Source: an uncultured Eubacteriales bacterium
GTDB taxonomy: Bacteria > Acidobacteriota > Aminicenantia > Aminicenantales > Aminicenantaceae
Direction: 5' to 3'
Assembly: GCA_964406575.1 (NCBI GenBank)
Contig: CAYOSH010000018.1
Coordinates: 817 to 64,816, forward strand
Length of the DNA: 64,000 bases
The notes under the pieces are model-generated. The model ran no database searches. It saw only the letters and a program-made list of their open reading frames with translations, and was not told the origin of the DNA. Shown here piece after piece: positions 63,512-64,000 of this stretch. Positions within the stretch are counted from its first letter, which is position 1. Every line of letters starts with the position of its first letter. The translations under genes and the position numbers were made by a program.

Positions 63512-64000
63512 ATGAAAGATCCCAAAGTGAATGTCTATATCATAGGTGCCGGCCCTTCTGGCATGGCCTGCGCTTATACATTGGCAAATGGAGGTCAGGC
63601 TGCGGTTTTGATCGACGCCGAAAAGGATGTCGGAGGACTTTGCCAGACCATTGACTTTTCGGGATATCTGTTTGATATCGGAGGACATCGGTTTTTATCC
63701 AAGTCAGAGCTCATCAATGCGTTGTGGCACAAGATCATGGAGGGTGACCTTCTCAGAGTCAAGCGGCTCTCACGCATTTTCTACCGCAAACGGTTTTTTG
63801 ACTACCCCCTCTCGTTTCTCAACACATTCTGGAATTTGGGGGCCTTCGAGAGTTTCCGGTGTATTGCCAGCTATGGCTACTGCCGATTGACTCATCCTGG
63901 TGATGACCAGACATTCGAAGGCTGGATCATCAATCGGTTTGGAAAACGGCTGTATGAGATCTTTTTCGATACATACACGAGGAAGGTGTGGGCTGTTCCC
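63512..64000 (+). CDS. NAD(P)/FAD-dependent oxidoreductase (amine-oxidase/UDP-galactopyranose-mutase-like fold), 3' truncated by the window
   Basis: My own translation from the ATG at 63512 is MKDPKVNVYIIGAGPSGMACAYTLANGGQAAVLIDAEKDVGGLC..FDIGGHRFLSKS..FFDYPL..FEGWIINRFGKRLYEIFFDTYTRKVW. It has a GxGxxG Rossmann motif and no stop before the window end. It is absent from the supplied ORF track. Confidence 0.85.
   Translation, partial: MKDPKVNVYIIGAGPSGMACAYTLANGGQAAVLIDAEKDVGGLCQTIDFSGYLFDIGGHRFLSKSELINALWHKIMEGDLLRVKRLSRIFYRKRFFDYPLSFLNTFWNLGAFESFRCIASYGYCRLTHPGDDQTFEGWIINRFGKRLYEIFFDTYTRKVWAVP

Overview
A 64-kb chromosomal segment of a diderm bacterium with about 50 protein-coding genes, densely packed on both strands. 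I recognised no rRNA, tRNA, CRISPR array, transposase, integrase or phage genes. Several families point to an Acidobacteriota/Aminicenantes-like organism: a VWFA-related acidobacterial-type protein, a PadR gene coupled to an ADOP/MacB-FtsX duplicated permease, and many secreted peptidases. This taxonomic call is inference only.

Content by region:
- 1-13 kb: envelope and secreted proteins, including a PadR-permease pair, an NHL beta-propeller lipoprotein, an OM beta-barrel, an inhibitory-type serpin and an M1 peptidase.
- 13.5-17.8 kb: APC permease, amidohydrolase and secreted D-aminoacylase.
- 17.9-22 kb: DUF5658 protein, and a GspG-like pseudopilin co-oriented with a HAMP-GAF-HD-GYP protein.
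- 22.4-25 kb: IorAB-type molybdo-oxidoreductase.
- 25-30 kb: a membrane-tethered HTH/FG-GAP protein, an M28 peptidase and asnA.
- 30.7-35.9 kb: an MMPL/RND exporter, a LolA-like protein and a beta-barrel.
- 36-55.6 kb: M24B peptidase, URO-D-like and DUF438 genes, a cyclase, SSF transporter, HpcH aldolase, glycosidase-like protein, ProX, steroid-reductase-like protein, PrsW, TIM-barrel isomerase, M14 peptidase and ABC-F.
- 55.6-64 kb: a glycan-assembly locus with four GT2 genes, a Wzx flippase, two radical SAM/SPASM enzymes and an FAD oxidoreductase.

Leads most worth follow-up:
1. The glycan locus with two SPASM-type radical SAM enzymes.
2. The RND/LolA-like/barrel triad.
3. The membrane-anchored HTH-propeller protein.
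4. A 25-nt REP-like hairpin family with a 5' GTAGG and compensatory stem changes (at least 7 copies), plus a second small A4-GGGGACTGTCACC-T6 repeat.

Smaller items are gene remnants (a PIN C-terminal half, an SSF N-terminal fragment, a truncated DUF1858) and one real ORF at the window end that is missing from the ORF track. All family assignments come from motif recognition by eye. No database search was run.
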